A stretch of DNA of 63,922 nt, filler included, from Chiloscyllium plagiosum (taxonomy: Eukaryota), in assembly GCF_004010195.1 (NCBI RefSeq). It is 3 parts of one record of this genome, joined end to end, with 100 filler letters (N's around TTAATTAATTAA, not from the genome) between each part and the next. Parts side by side here need not be neighbours in the genome. Positions count along the whole stretch, not along the records: positions 1 to 24,606 come from NC_057713.1; 2 more parts are not named here. One strand, given 5' to 3'. This document shows, in pieces, positions 11,880 through 24,192 of the stretch. Position numbers and translations under genes: made by a program. The notes below the pieces were generated by a model. It saw only the letters and a program-made list of their open reading frames with translations, made no database searches and was not told the origin of the DNA. Each line of letters opens with the position of its first letter. Position 1 is the stretch's first letter.

Positions 11880-12250
11880 CTCCACAAATAAGGAACTACA
11901 ATGAGGGTAGATTGAAGCAATTGGGACTGTTCTCCTTGGAGAGAGGAAGGCTGAGAGGAGATCTGATAGAGGTTTTCAAAACCATGCACCAGCTAGGTGG
12001 GGTGGTTAGGGAGAAATTATTCCCACTTGTAAAAGGAGCAAGAAAGAGACAATATATTTAAAATGATGCACAAATGAAGCAAGGATGATGTGAGAAAAAC
12101 CATTCTCACCCAGCAAGTAGTCAGAGTCTGGAATGTACTTGCTGGAAATGTGGTTCAATTGAGGCATTTAAGAGGGGATATGGGGAAAAGGCAGGAGATT
12201 TGTACTAGGGGATAGAGCCATACACGCACAATGGGCTGAATGGCCACCAG
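11880..12250 (+). mobile_element. CR1 LINE 3' end
   Basis: RLKQLGLFSLERGRLRGDLIEVFK. Confidence 0.8.
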
Positions 12251-12741
12251 AAGGAGCAGGAGTAAGCCACTGAGTCCATTGAGTCTGCTCTGCCATTTAA
12301 TGAGATCACTACTGATCTGATAATCCTCAAGTCCATTTTCATAAAGTCATCGAGATGTACAGCATGGAAACAGACCCTTCAGTTCAACTCATCCATGCTG
12401 ACCTGATATCCTAATCTAGTCCCACCTGCCAGCATTTGGCACATGTCCCTCTAAACTCTTCCTATTTATATACGCATTTAAATGCCTTTTAAATGTTATA
12501 ATTGTACCAGCCTCCACCACTTCACCTGGCAGCTCGTTCCATACACGTGCAACCCTCTGTGTGAAAGCCTTACCTCTTAAATCCCATTTTAAATCTTTCC
12601 ATTCTCATCCTCTAGTTTTGAACTCCCGGGGAAAATGACCTTGGGTGCTCAATGTATCCATGTCTCTTATGATTTTAGAAGCCTCTGTCAGGTCACCCCT
12701 CAACCTCTGACACTTCAGGGAAAACAGCCACAGGCTATTCA

Positions 12742-13085
12742 TAGAATCATCTTACCCCACAGTGTGGCCCTTCAGCCCAACAAGTCCACACCAACCCTCT
12801 GAAGAGTAGCCCACCCAGAGCCATTCCCCTGCCCTATTACTCTACATTTCCCCTGACTAATGCCCCCAACCTATACATCCCTGAACACTACGGGCAATTT
12901 AGCATGGCCAATTCACCTAACCAGGACATTTTTGGATTGTGGGAGGAAACTGGAGCACCCGGAGGAATCCAAGCAGACACGGGGAGAATGTGCAAACTCC
13001 ACACAGTCGCCCGAGGGTGGGATCGAACCCAGATCCCTGTCGCTGTGAGGAAGCAGTGCTAACTACTGAGCCACCATGCCACCCC
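12742..13085 (-). mobile_element. HE1 SINE
   Basis: Reverse V-domain GGGCAATTTAGCATGGCCAATTCACC...GGGAGGAAACTGGAGCACCCGGAGG and tRNA head. Confidence 0.85.
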
Positions 13086-13431
13086 CTGTGTGTCAATCAA
13101 TCCTCAACCCAGGTTAATACGTTGCCCCCAGTATCGTGGGATCACAGACTCAAGGGGCTGAGTTGTCTCCTCTCACTTCTAGCTCTCATGTTCTGTATTT
13201 GATTTGACTCATTGATTTATTTAATATTGCCACTTGCACCGAGGTACAGTGAAAAGTGTATAATGTCGCCACGCTCCAGCACCATCTTGGCTTACACAAT
13301 TAATCAGTGAATAATTTATTGAACAAATTGTAAAATAATGAATACATTGATATGAATAAAACAGCTTCAAATATTCACTGCTCCCTCTCTGCTTCACCAG
13401 TCCCCACCATCCTGGCAATGTGCTCCTTTTG

Positions 13432-13761
13432 ATAGAATCTCTACAGTATGGAAACAGGCCATTCAGCCCAACAACTCCACACTGACCTTCTCACCCAGAC
13501 TCACCCCCCCAACCATATCCCAACATTTCCCATGGATAATCCACACATCCCTGGACACTACAGGCAACTTAGCATGGCCAATCCACCCTAAACTGCACAT
13601 CTTTGAACTGTGGGAGGAAACCGGAGCACCCAAAGGAAACCCACACAGACACAGGGAGAATGTGGAACACTCCCCACAGACAGTCGCCCGAGGCTGGGAT
13701 TGAACCTGGATCCCTGGTGCTGTGGGTCACCAGTGCTAACTACTGAGCCACTGTGCTGCCC
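13432..13761 (-). mobile_element. HE1 SINE
   Basis: Same head, V-domain and tail organisation as other HE1 copies. Confidence 0.85.
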
Positions 13762-14844
13762 ATTCAGCCTCTCCCTATGGCTCAAATCCTTGTAAATCTT
13801 TTCTGAGCCCTTATCAAGTTTCGTAACATCCTTCCTGTAGCAGGGAAGCTACAACTTAACACAGTATTCCAAAAGTAGCCTAACAAATGTCCTGTACAGC
13901 CGCAACATGACCTCCCAATTCCTGTACTCAATACTCTGACCAATAAAGGAAAGCATACCAAACACCTTCTTCACTATCCTATCTACCTGCGACTCCACTT
14001 TCAAGGAGCTATGAACCTGCACTCCAAGGTCTCTTTGTTCAGCAACACTCCCTAGGACCTTACCATTAAGTGTATAAGTCTTTCCCTGATTTGCCTTTCC
14101 AGAATGCAGCACCTCGCATTTATCTAAGTTAAACTCCATCTGCCATTCCTCAGCCCATTGGCCCATCTGGTCAAGATCCCATTGTAATCTGAGGTAACCT
14201 TCTTTGCTGTCCACCACACCATTAATATTGGTGTCATCTGCAAACTTACTAACTATACCTCTGATATACACAACAAAGTCACTTATATAAATGACAAAAA
14301 GCAGTGGACCCAGCACTGATCCTTGTGGCACACACTGGTCGCAGGCTTCCAGTCCGAAAAAACAATTTTCCTGCCTTTTCCCTATAACATTTGATTCCTT
14401 TACTGATTAAAACTCTTCAAACTTTTTTTTAAAAAAATTACCCTGGAAGGCTAGGCAATAAAGAAGAAAATTTATTCTAATACACTTTAAAAGGTATCTT
14501 TTCCCTTTGTATTTTTCATAAACATTAACCTCATTATTTCAAACACCGTACTGAAAGACATTTTGAAAAAAAAATCCTCAAAAGCATGCACACATCTATT
14601 CACATGAAAAATAGCAAAAGAAAAAGTCTCCTTTAATCAAAGGTGAAACATTTTGAGTGAAGTGTTGTTGGAGAGATTGCAGGAATGTTCCTTGCAGAGA
14701 TTAATGTGACACAAGATGCATTTACGAAAATGACTGTTAACAACAAATAGGTGGTATTCCTAACTGTGTTGGAAATGTTTTGTAGCAGGTACATCTTTGT
14801 TTCACACTATCGTCTTAACACCATACCTGGCTCATTTCACATTG

Positions 14845-15625
14845 AAACAAAAACAGAGATTCTGGATAAACTCAGCAGTGTCTGCTGAGACAGAAGCAGC
14901 ATTAATGCTTTGGGTTCAGCAGCCCTTCTTCGGAACTGCTCGTAGCAAGGAAAACATGCTACACATGCTGGAGCCAAGGAGAAAAGGGAAACGGATAGAT
15001 GGAGATGAAGCCCAGACAGAGCGACAGAGAGTTAGGGAGATAAAGGGATAGACGATAGTAAGAGGGGGAAGGAGAAAAGCTGCTAATGGGACAATGAGGA
15101 GGTGGGAATGGGATGGCCATGCTGACAGAAGCCTGTGTCATGTCAGTGCCCGGGGTGCAAGGGGAGCGGGGGGGTAGGTAAAGGACTTGGAAGAAGGTGC
15201 TCAGGCCCTAAACCTATTCAACTCGTTACTGAGTCCCCAAGTGGAAAATAAGAAACTTGTGTTGAGCTTTGCTGCAGCAAGCCTGAGACAGAAATGTGAA
15301 GAGGGGTTATCCCCGAAACGTTAAGCTCTCCACCTCCTGATGCTGCCTGGCCTGCTGTGTTCTCCCAGCCTCCGGCCTGTCTACTGTAGATTCCAGCATC
15401 TGCAGTTTCTTTGTGCCTGAGACAGCAATGTTGGCCGGGGAACACGGTGGTCCATGGAAGTGGTCAGCAACTGGAAGTTCAAGGTCATTTTTCCAGATAG
15501 AATGTAGCTGTTCAGCAAAGTGATCACCCCGTTCCCCCCAATGTAGAGGAGAACACATTGTGAGCAGGTAGACTGCTTATCATAAAATGGACAATGTGGG
15601 AGTTGGACCCAGTTCCATTTCCCTA
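14845..15625 (-). mobile_element. Neptune-type PLE 3' end (GIY-YIG relic) ending in a family 4 terminal repeat
   Basis: Minus-strand CSQCVLLYIG.../DHFAEQLHSIWKNDLELPVADHF.../ISVSGLLQ; the terminal repeat at 14845-14940 links family 4 to a PLE. Confidence 0.7.
15298..15414 (+). mobile_element. Short PLE-derived insertion with 17-bp TSD
   Basis: GCCTGAGACAG(A/C)AATGT at 15281-15297 and 15415-15431; the insert begins GAAGA-GGGG-TTAT-CCCC-GAAACGTT. Confidence 0.75.
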
Positions 15626-16374
15626 TACACATCTCTTACACTCTTCATCCCAAGACAGCTGTACAACAGGAGGTGTTAATATTTCTGGCAGTGATTTAAA
15701 ATCTGAGACAGAAAGGTAAGGTCCAGATTTGCCATTTTTATGCTTGCTATTACTTCCAGGAAGTTTCCTAACAGGTGCTCCAACATGGCTCACAGCTCCT
15801 CAATTCATTGACAATGTATCCGGCCACGTTGGGGACCTATCTCATTCAAGAGCATCATTCCTGCCACGATTGGAACTTTCCGGAACACTAGCTGCTGGTG
15901 CCCAAGCACCGAAGCCTGAATTACCCCACACTCTCTGCCCTCTGAGGAAACGGAGATCTCAAAAACTCACAGAGGAAAGCTAGCTCTCAAACATTCCCGA
16001 TAGGTACCTTAGCAACCACCAGAGGAGGCCAAGTCGCAAAACGCTTCTGACCTGAAGTCCGATGGTGGAGTGCGTCAGTGCTCTCTACAGGGTTAATGTC
16101 CTCCTGAATTCCGCATGGGTAAATCCCACCACCTTCTCTCCATTATCCCTCACTCACTCAAACTCAACTACTACACATTCACATCATGTATGCTCATGGG
16201 CTTCCAGTCTCAATACTCCATCCATCCAATCACTGAGTGACTCGCACTCACCTCATCCTCAACCTCATCCTTCAGAACTCCTAACTCTTCCTTTGCGCTA
16301 ATCAGCAACACAAACCACAACCTCCAAGTAGACACAAAGTGAGCGAGCACTGAGAAATAATAGGTGCAGGAGAT

Positions 16375-17342
16375 ATTGGGAAATCATGCTGCGGTTGTAC
16401 AGGACATTGGGGAAGCCTCTTCTGGAGGGTCCAGGGCTGTGTCCAGGGCTGGTCGCCCAGCTATAGGAAGGATATTTTTAAGCTGGAGAGGGGTCAGAAG
16501 AGATTTACCAAGATGTTTCCAGGTATGGAAGATCTGAGTTATAAGAAAAGGCCAGATAGATTGTGACTTTTTTCACTAGAGCACAGGAGGTTGGGAAGTG
16601 ATTTTATAGAGGTTTATAAAATCATTTAGAAGCACGAGGAGGGATCTCATAGAACATATAATATCCCCAATGGTTCTGGACAGGCTTGAAGTGGGAAGAA
16701 TTTTCCAAATGTTGGGGAAGCCCAGAACTAGGGTCACAGTCCTAAGAATACAGGATAAGTCATTCACGACTGAGATGAGGAAGAATTTTTTCACACAGAG
16801 AGTTGTGACCCTATGGAATTTTCCCCCACAGGAAGCTGTTGGGACTAGTTTGCGAGATAGATTAAAGAGGGAGCTGGACAGGACCCTTGTGGCTAAAGAG
16901 ATCAAGGGAAGAGAAAGTTGGAATAGAATACTGAGATTACATGGTCAGCCATGATCATATTGAATGGTAGTGCAGGCTTAAAGGGCCAAATGGCCAACTC
17001 GTGTCCCCATTTACTATGTTTCTATGAAGGGTATAGATAGTGCCTTTTTCCTAGGGTGGGGGATTTCAAGAGGAGGGGCCACAGTTGAGAGTAGAGAGAT
17101 TTTGAAAAGACATGAGGGGCAAAATTTTACACAGAGGTGTACATGTGGAATGGATTTCTTCAGGAAATGGTGGATGTGGGTGCAGTTACAATGTTTAAAA
17201 GACATTTGATAAGTACATGAACAGGAAGTGTTTGGAGGGATATGGGCCAAGTGCAGGAAGGTGGGACTAGTTTAGTTTGGGATTATGTTTGGAATTGACT
17301 GGTTAGACCAAAGGGTCTGTTTCTGTGCTGTCTGACTGTATG
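16375..17342 (+). mobile_element. Two nested CR1 3' ends (inner copy about 16627-17023)
   Basis: The outer copy breaks after DFIEVYKI and resumes MKGID at 17024; the inner copy has MRKNFFTQRVVTLWN and its own tail. Confidence 0.75.
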
Positions 17343-17465
17343 AGATGGCCGTGCTTCCCTGTATGCGAAACGATTGGGGTGAGGAGCAGGCAGGTCAAAG
17401 GTATCCCAGAGTTCCAAACAGAGCTCCCTAAGAACTGGCATTGATTCTGAGTTGGGCGGGGACTT

Positions 17466-17820
17466 CCCGTGAATCTTCTTTGCACCCTTTTCAGTTTAAT
17501 AGCATCCTCCCTATAGCAAGGTGACCAGAGTTGGACACAATGCTCCAAATGTGGCCTCACCAATGTCTCGTACGGCTGTAACACGACCTCCCAACTCCTA
17601 TACTCAGTGCACTGACCAATGAGGCAAGCGTGCCAAATGCCTTCCTCACCACCCTGTCTACCTGTGACACCACTTTCAAGGGACTGTGTACCTGAACCCC
17701 TCGGTCTCTCTGTTTGACAACATTTCCCAGGGCTCTACCATTAACTGTGTAACTCCTGTCCTGGTTTGCCTGACCAAAATGCAACACCTCACCTTAATTT
17801 ATCTAAATTAAACTACATTG
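17466..17820 (-). mobile_element. CR1 RT fragment
   Basis: MLHFGQANQDRSYTVNG...LVRPHLEHCVQLWSP. Confidence 0.8.
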
Positions 17821-18719
17821 AGCCTGGGACTTTTCAGATGAAGGCTGAAGGAGGATGCCAGGCAATGGAACATTGAAGGACATGTTTGTGAACAGACAAT
17901 AAAATGGATTCTCAGAGAAGGAAACAGTATTTGGCAGGAAACCGCTAAGACTTTTAACTTTCACTGTCCAGTTTCGTGGGAGGGAACAGGGGAATAATAT
18001 ATATAAATGAGGTGAGTTGTGCTGTAAATGAGATGCAAATGAATGGAAATAAGACAGTCACTGCTCATCGGTGAGCCTCTGATCTCACCATTCAAACCTG
18101 GAGGGGAAAATCGAAAATCCTTTTCCTGACATTGGGAACCAGAGTTTTCACATTCACAACATATTTTACCACATGGCTCACTGTTATCCACATGGGAAAA
18201 TGGAGCCTCCCGTCCCTGCCTTTCACCTATCTAACCTATAGAAATATATGAAATAGAAGCAGGAGTAGGCCATTTGGCCTTTCAGATCAGTTCTGTAATT
18301 TAAAATGCTCAGGGATGATCTTTTATCTCAGCTTCTCTTGCCCATATGATCTCATCCTTACTATCTGGGTCCCCTCAATGATTGAACTTCCACAGATCTC
18401 TGGGTGAGGGTATTCCGAATATTCTCCACTGTCTGAGTGAACATAGAAGCTTGGCAAAAAGGAGCAGGAGGAGGCCATTCGGCCCTTCGAGCCTGCTCCA
18501 CCATTCAATAGGGTCATGGCTGATCATCCAACTCAATAATCTCTCACTACTTTCTCCTCATACCTTTTAAATGTCTCCTCATCTCAGTCTTAAATTAACA
18601 CCTTCCCAATCTGAAACTGTGATTCCAAGTTCTACAAGTGACTCCAGATCTGTAGCTGTCTGGTTGTCAGATCCAGACTAGATTTGGTGGCAAACAGAGT
18701 TAGCGCAGGCACGATGACC

Positions 18720-19925
18720 CATAGTCACAGAGTTATACAGCATGGAAACACACCCTTCGACCCAACTCATCCATGCTGACCAGATATGCTAAACTGAACT
18801 ATCTCATTTGTCTCTGTTTGTCCCATATCCCTCTAAACATTTCCTATCCACGTACCTGTCCAAATGTCTTTAATTGTTGTAATTGTACCAGCCTCCACCA
18901 CTTCCTCTGGCAGTTCATTCCATTCATGCACCACCCTCTGTGTGAAAAAGTTGCCCCTCAGGTCTCATAAATCCTTCCCTTCTCACCTTAAAAATATGCC
19001 CCCTTGTTTTGAACTCCCCTACTCTGGGGAAATAGCAATTCACTTTATCTATGACCCTCATGATCTTACAAACCTCCATTAGGTCACCTCCCTAGCCTTT
19101 TACTCTTCAGTGAAAAAAGTCACAGCCTATCCAGCCTCTCCTTATAACTCAAACCCTCCAATCTTGGTAACATCCTGTGAATCTTCCTTGCACCCTTTCC
19201 AGTTTTCCTTCCTTTAGCAAGGTGACCAGAATTGGACACAATGCTATAAATATGGTCTGACCAATGTCTCGTACGGCTGTAACACGACCTCCCGACTCCT
19301 ATACTCAGTGCGCTGACCAATGAAGGCAAGCGTGCCAAACGCCTTCCTCACCACCCTGTCTACCTGTGACATCACTTTCATTCCTCACCACCCTGTCTAC
19401 CTGTGACATCACTTTCAAGGGACTGTGTACCTGAACCCCTCGGTCCCTCTGTTTGACAACATTTCCCAGGGCTCTACCATTAACTGTGTAACTCCTGTCC
19501 TGGTTTGCCTGACCAAAATGCAACACCTCACATTTATCTAAATTAAACTACATCTGCCATTCCTCGTCTCATTGGCCCAATTGATCAAGATTCCTTTGTA
19601 GACTTTGATAACCTTCTTCACTGCCCACAATACCATCAACTGCAAACTAGAAATGACAAAAAGCAGTGGACCCAGCACCAATCCTTGCAGCACACTGCTG
19701 GTCACAGGCCTCCCATATGAACATCCTCTGTCTCCTGCCATCAAGCCAATTTTGTATCCAATTGGCTAGCTCTCCCTGGATCCCATGTGATCTAACCTTA
19801 CTCAGCAGTCTACCATGTGGAACCTTGTCGAAGGCCTTGCTAAAGTCAGTGTGGACCATGTCTACCATGCTGCCTTGATCTATCTTGTTGGTTACCTCTT
19901 CAGAAATCTCAATAAAGTTTGTGAC
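18720..19925 (-). mobile_element. CR1/HER1 LINE RT to 3' end
   Basis: DMVHTDFSKAFDKVPHGRLL, QGLVLGPLLFVI and 3' tail; 37-bp internal tandem duplication at 19344-19417. Confidence 0.85.
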
Positions 19926-20454
19926 ACTGGCCTTTATCTGCTCCTTAACATTTCTGTGGTTTTGTGACACTTACACATCCTCTGAAATGGCTCTATCAGG
20001 CCATTGATTGAAAATAATTCTGCTGTCACTATGTAAAATTTAATAGGTGTACAATCTTTAAAATTTTACTTCAGATCAGCTTTGTTTAGTTTCTAATCCA
20101 ATCTAAATAAAGCCTGCATATTTTAAACTGCATTCTACTCTTATTAATAACGTATTTCTGAAACCATCAACTCTCAATCATGAAGATGCCTTAAGCTTTT
20201 CCTTTATTACATCAATAAAACATTGTAGGACAAATCTTGTTAATCTTTTATGCCGTCTGTTAAAGTACATGACATGTTCCTCTCTGGAATGACCATCTGT
20301 TTTCAGAAATCAAGTTCTGTCTGTGTGGCACTGGCATTTAACAAATCCTCTCTCTCTCTCTTGGAGATTTCATCCAAACATTCTGGTAGACATTCTGGAG
20401 CTTAACCAGTATTCAACTGAAGGGCAAGTATTTCTTAAAACACAATGCCAAGAC

Positions 20455-20965
20455 ACCACAGTCCTACCTGCTCATTAGAGAGGGAGACAACTGGTGGTGA
20501 TTTAACCTGAGGGTCACCACACCTCAGGCATAGGGAGAGGTTGAGAAGGACAGACCTTTATGGTAACCTCAGCCTTGGTGAGAATTGAACCCACAGTGCT
20601 GGCATTAATTAGATTAGATTAGATTACTTACAGTGTGGAAACAGGCCCCTTCGGCCCAACAAGTCCACACCGACCCACCGAAGCGCAACCCACCCATTCC
20701 CCTACATTTACCACTTTACCTAATTGGCAATTTAGCATGGCCAATTCACCTGACCTGCACATCTTTGGACTGTGGGAGGAAACCGGAGCATCCGGAGGAA
20801 ACCCACGCAGACACGGGGAGAACGTGCAAACTCCACACAGTCAGTTGCCTGAGTCGGGAATTGAACCCGGATCTCTGGTGCTGTGAGGCAACAGTGCTAA
20901 CCACTGTACCACTGTCCCGCCCACAAATTGGTATTGCATACCAGCTACCAAGCCAACTAAGCTAA
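20455..20965 (-). mobile_element. SINE family C split by an HE1 insertion
   Basis: Core GGTGGTGATTTAACCTGAGGGTCACCACACCTCAGG at 20492-20528; the head resumes at 20925-20965 (CCAACTAAGCTAA). Confidence 0.7.
20609..20923 (-). mobile_element. HE1 SINE, young subfamily
   Basis: (TTAGA)n tail, CpG-retaining body, intact A/B boxes. Confidence 0.9.
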
Positions 20966-21014
20966 AAGGAGCACCGAGACATGGCTGTGTCTTATTTTTT
21001 AATTTGAGATTGAA

Positions 21015-21365
21015 TAAAGAACAAAGAACAAAGAAAATTTACAGCCCAGGAACAGGCTCTTCGGCCCTCCAAGCCTGAGCCAATCCAAATCTACTATCTA
21101 AACCTATCAGTCAATTGCTAAACATCTGTATCCCTCTGCTCCCCACCTAATCATGCATCTGTCCAGATGCATCTTAAATGAATCTGCCATGCCTGCCTCT
21201 ACCACCTCTGCTGGCAACGCATTCCAGACGCCCACCACCCTCTGTGTGAAGTACTTGCCGTGTGTATCCCCCTGAAACTTTGCACCTCTCACCTTGAACG
21301 CGTGACCTTTCATTATTGAATCCTTCACCCTGGGAAAAAGCTTGTCTCTATCCACCCTGTCTCTA
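21015..21365 (-). mobile_element. CR1 LINE 3' end
   Basis: KYFTQRVVGVWNALPAEVVEAG; (AAAGAAC)n tail. Confidence 0.8.
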
Positions 21366-21499
21366 CATATCCACTTCCTTCTTCCACGAATCACTGGTTC
21401 AGATTCCAAGGGCATAAAGAAAGTAGCCAGCTGGTGGCATTACTGGGCAAGTCAGGTCCAACACAGGAATCTAACTCGATGGACTTTTCTTTTGATTTT

Positions 21500-22175
21500 T
21501 ACGATTTGATTTGATTTATTATTGTCACATGTGCCTGCGTACAGTGAAAATTTTCATTTTGCGAGCAGTACAGGCAGGTCAGAGTAAACAAGGACATAAG
21601 ATCACAGGGTGCTCCGACAGAGCAGGGTACACAAGGCAACAGCTGCACAGGAGGTGCACCAAGCAAGATCAACATTAGATTCAAAATTTGGAAGGTCCAT
21701 TCAGCAGTCTAATAACAACAGGGAAGAAACCATTCTTAAACCTACTGGTGCATGTGTTCAAGCTTCTGTATCTTCTACCTGGCAGAAGAGGTTGGAAGAG
21801 ATTATCATTGGTGTGAGAAGATCTTTGATGATGTTGGCAGTCTTTCTGTTGCAATGAGAAGTGTAGATGGAGTCCATGGATGGAAGTGTGGCTTCCGTGA
21901 TCGTCTGGGCTATACACAACCTTTTGCCATTTCTTATAGTCCTGCCCAGAGCAGTTGCCATACCAGGCAGGTATAGCACCCAGATAGAATCCATATAAAT
22001 TGGCAAGGGTCCTTATGGAAATGTCAAATATCCTAAGCCTCCTGAGGAAATAAAGTCATCGCTGAGACTTCTTAACCATCGCATCTGCGGGGGGAGGTGC
22101 AGGAAAGATTGTCGGTTATCATTGCTCCTAGGAACCTGACAGTCTCCACCCTCTCAACCTCAGCTCCACTGATGA
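21500..22175 (-). mobile_element. Rex1/Babar-type LINE 3' part
   Basis: AQTITEATLPSMDSIY...LFQPLLPGRRYRSLNTCTSRFKNGFFPVVIRLLN; tail GTGACAATAATAAATCAAATCAAAT. Confidence 0.75.
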
Positions 22176-22694
22176 AGCGATGGTCTTTCACTGAAACACA
22201 AGTGTGCGATGCTGCAGATTAAGCTTAAACAATAAAATAAAAGTGCATTACACAAAAGAAATAAAGAATTAAATAGCATTAGCTGAAGTACTTGCACGTA
22301 GGGCAAGCTTACATATTTCAAAACATACAGTAATGTACAATCTCATTAAACCCATTTCAAGCCTACCATCAGAAAGATAATTCCCTTCTCCATCACAGAG
22401 AAGGCTTGGTTTAGCTCTAGCTGGTCCTGATTCACAAGTCCAGATTGAGACAAAACTTCTGCAAAGCCTGAAACCCAGTGGGGCTTTTTTCAAGTTATAC
22501 ATGGTCTCCATAAATCAAACAAAAATCATTACAGAACCTTCTCTCTGAAACTTAATGGAAAATTTTGATCACTTGCAAAACTTGCTCAATGAAAACAAAA
22601 CTCAATTAATTTCCTGAGAGCCAATTGTTCTTACTGTGTTTTAAAAGAAAGTTGTATGGATACAGACATGCTTACAAGTTAATCACTAAACCCA

Positions 22695-22912
22695 TCTCTC
22701 TCTCTCTCTCTCTATCTCTTTAATATACACACACAGAGACACACACACACTCTCGCTCACACACATGCGCACACTCACAGACACACCCATTTTCTCTCAC
22801 ACACATGCACGCACACTTACACACACACATAGACACACACACACTCTCTCATGCACACACACACACTCTCTCTCTCTCACACACACATTCTCACACAGAG
22901 ACACACACACAC
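22695..22912. repeat. Compound (TC)n/(CA)n microsatellite
   Basis: Direct inspection. Confidence 0.9.
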
Positions 22913-23144
22913 CAAATCCCACATGCAGCTAATTCAAAGTCTAAACTCCAAAATAGATTATATAAGATTTATATGTAAATCACACACCCTACATCACATG
23001 GTGCCTCCCACCCCCAGGTCTGAATGGAAATTGGTCAGTTGGTCAGTGGTGTCAAACCACAAGGTTCAATTCCTGGTCTGGCCAGACTGGATCCAGTACC
23101 TGACGTCTAGCCTAACCCTAAGACTGTAGCACTGCAGATTGGAC

Positions 23145-23850
23145 CTGTGGAGCTGTACAGGACACTGGTCAGGCTGCAGCTGGGGTACTGTGTGCAGTTC
23201 CAGTCTCTGCACTATAGGAAGGATGTGATTACACTGGAGGGGGTGCAGAGGGGATTCACCAGGGTGTTGCTTGGGATGGAGCATTTCAATCATCAAGAAA
23301 GACGGGATAAGTTCAGGTTGTTTACTTTGGATCAGAGAAGATTGAGGGGGGATCTGATAGAGGGGTATAGGATTATAAGGGGCATAGACAGGAAGCAATT
23401 TCGCTAGAGACTCAATGACAATGGGGCAGAATATTAAAATGAAAAGAAAGAAGTTGAGACGGGATTTGAAGGGGATGGGGGTTCTGGAATGCTCTGCCTG
23501 CGAGGGGAGTTGAGGTAAGAAACCTCACAACCTTTAAAAAGAGTGCTTGGATGGGCACTCAATGTGTCGTAACATTCAAGGCTATGGGCCTTGTGCTGGA
23601 AAGTGGGACTAGTGTAGGGAGTAATGTGGTTCTGACATTACAGACCTGATGGACTGAAGGTCCTTATCTGTACTGTCCAATTCTGTGATTCAACATGCAT
23701 CTGGATGGGTAGATGAATAGGAAAGGTTTAGAGGGATATAGACCAAGTGTTGCGAATGGGACTAGATTAGGTTAGGATATCTGGTCGGCATAGACGAGTT
23801 GGGCCCAAGGGTCTGTTTCTGTGCTGTACATCTCTATGACTCTATGACTC
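23145..23850 (+). mobile_element. CR1 LINE 3' end plus a second CR1 tail
   Basis: LYRTLVRLQLGYCVQF...[13 protein letters not shown]; tails end near 23690 and 23850 ((CTCTATGA)n). Confidence 0.8.
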
Positions 23851-23923
23851 TAAGCTGACTCCAGGCAAAGAACTGAGGAAGCTCTAGTCAGTGTATCTGC
23901 AAGCTTGGCTTTTAAAATAAATA

Positions 23924-24082
23924 GCGGAAAATGTGTTGCTGGTAAAGCAACACATTCCTGAATAAGGGCTCATGCCCGAAACATCGATTCTCCTGCTCCT
24001 TGGATGCTGCTTGACCTGCTGCGCTTTTCCAGCAACACATTTTTCAGCTCTGATCTCCAGCATCTGCAGTACTCACTTTCTC
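23924..24082 (+). mobile_element. Short Neptune-pLTR insertion with 15-bp TSD
   Basis: CTTTTAAAATAAATA at 23909-23923 and 24083-24097; short inverted 5' segment followed by a decayed hammerhead repeat. Confidence 0.8.
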
Positions 24083-24192
24083 CTTTTAAAATAAATACTT
24101 CGGCTACAACACGATAAAAGTTTCTTGCTCATATCAAACAAACATTAGGGCAGATAAAATTGTACAGTCAGACAGCACGGAAACAGACCCTT

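Larger units (their letters stand above)
12341..14364 (-). mobile_element. CR1/HER1 LINE (RT to 3' UTR) nested in an older CR1 tail and split by a 1-kb HE1 block
   Basis: PQGSVLGPLLFVIYI...KFADDT...EWQMEFNLDKCEVLH at 13849-14331; ATTTTC duplicated at 12335-12340 and 14365-14370; the outer tail resumes after 14370. Confidence 0.85.
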
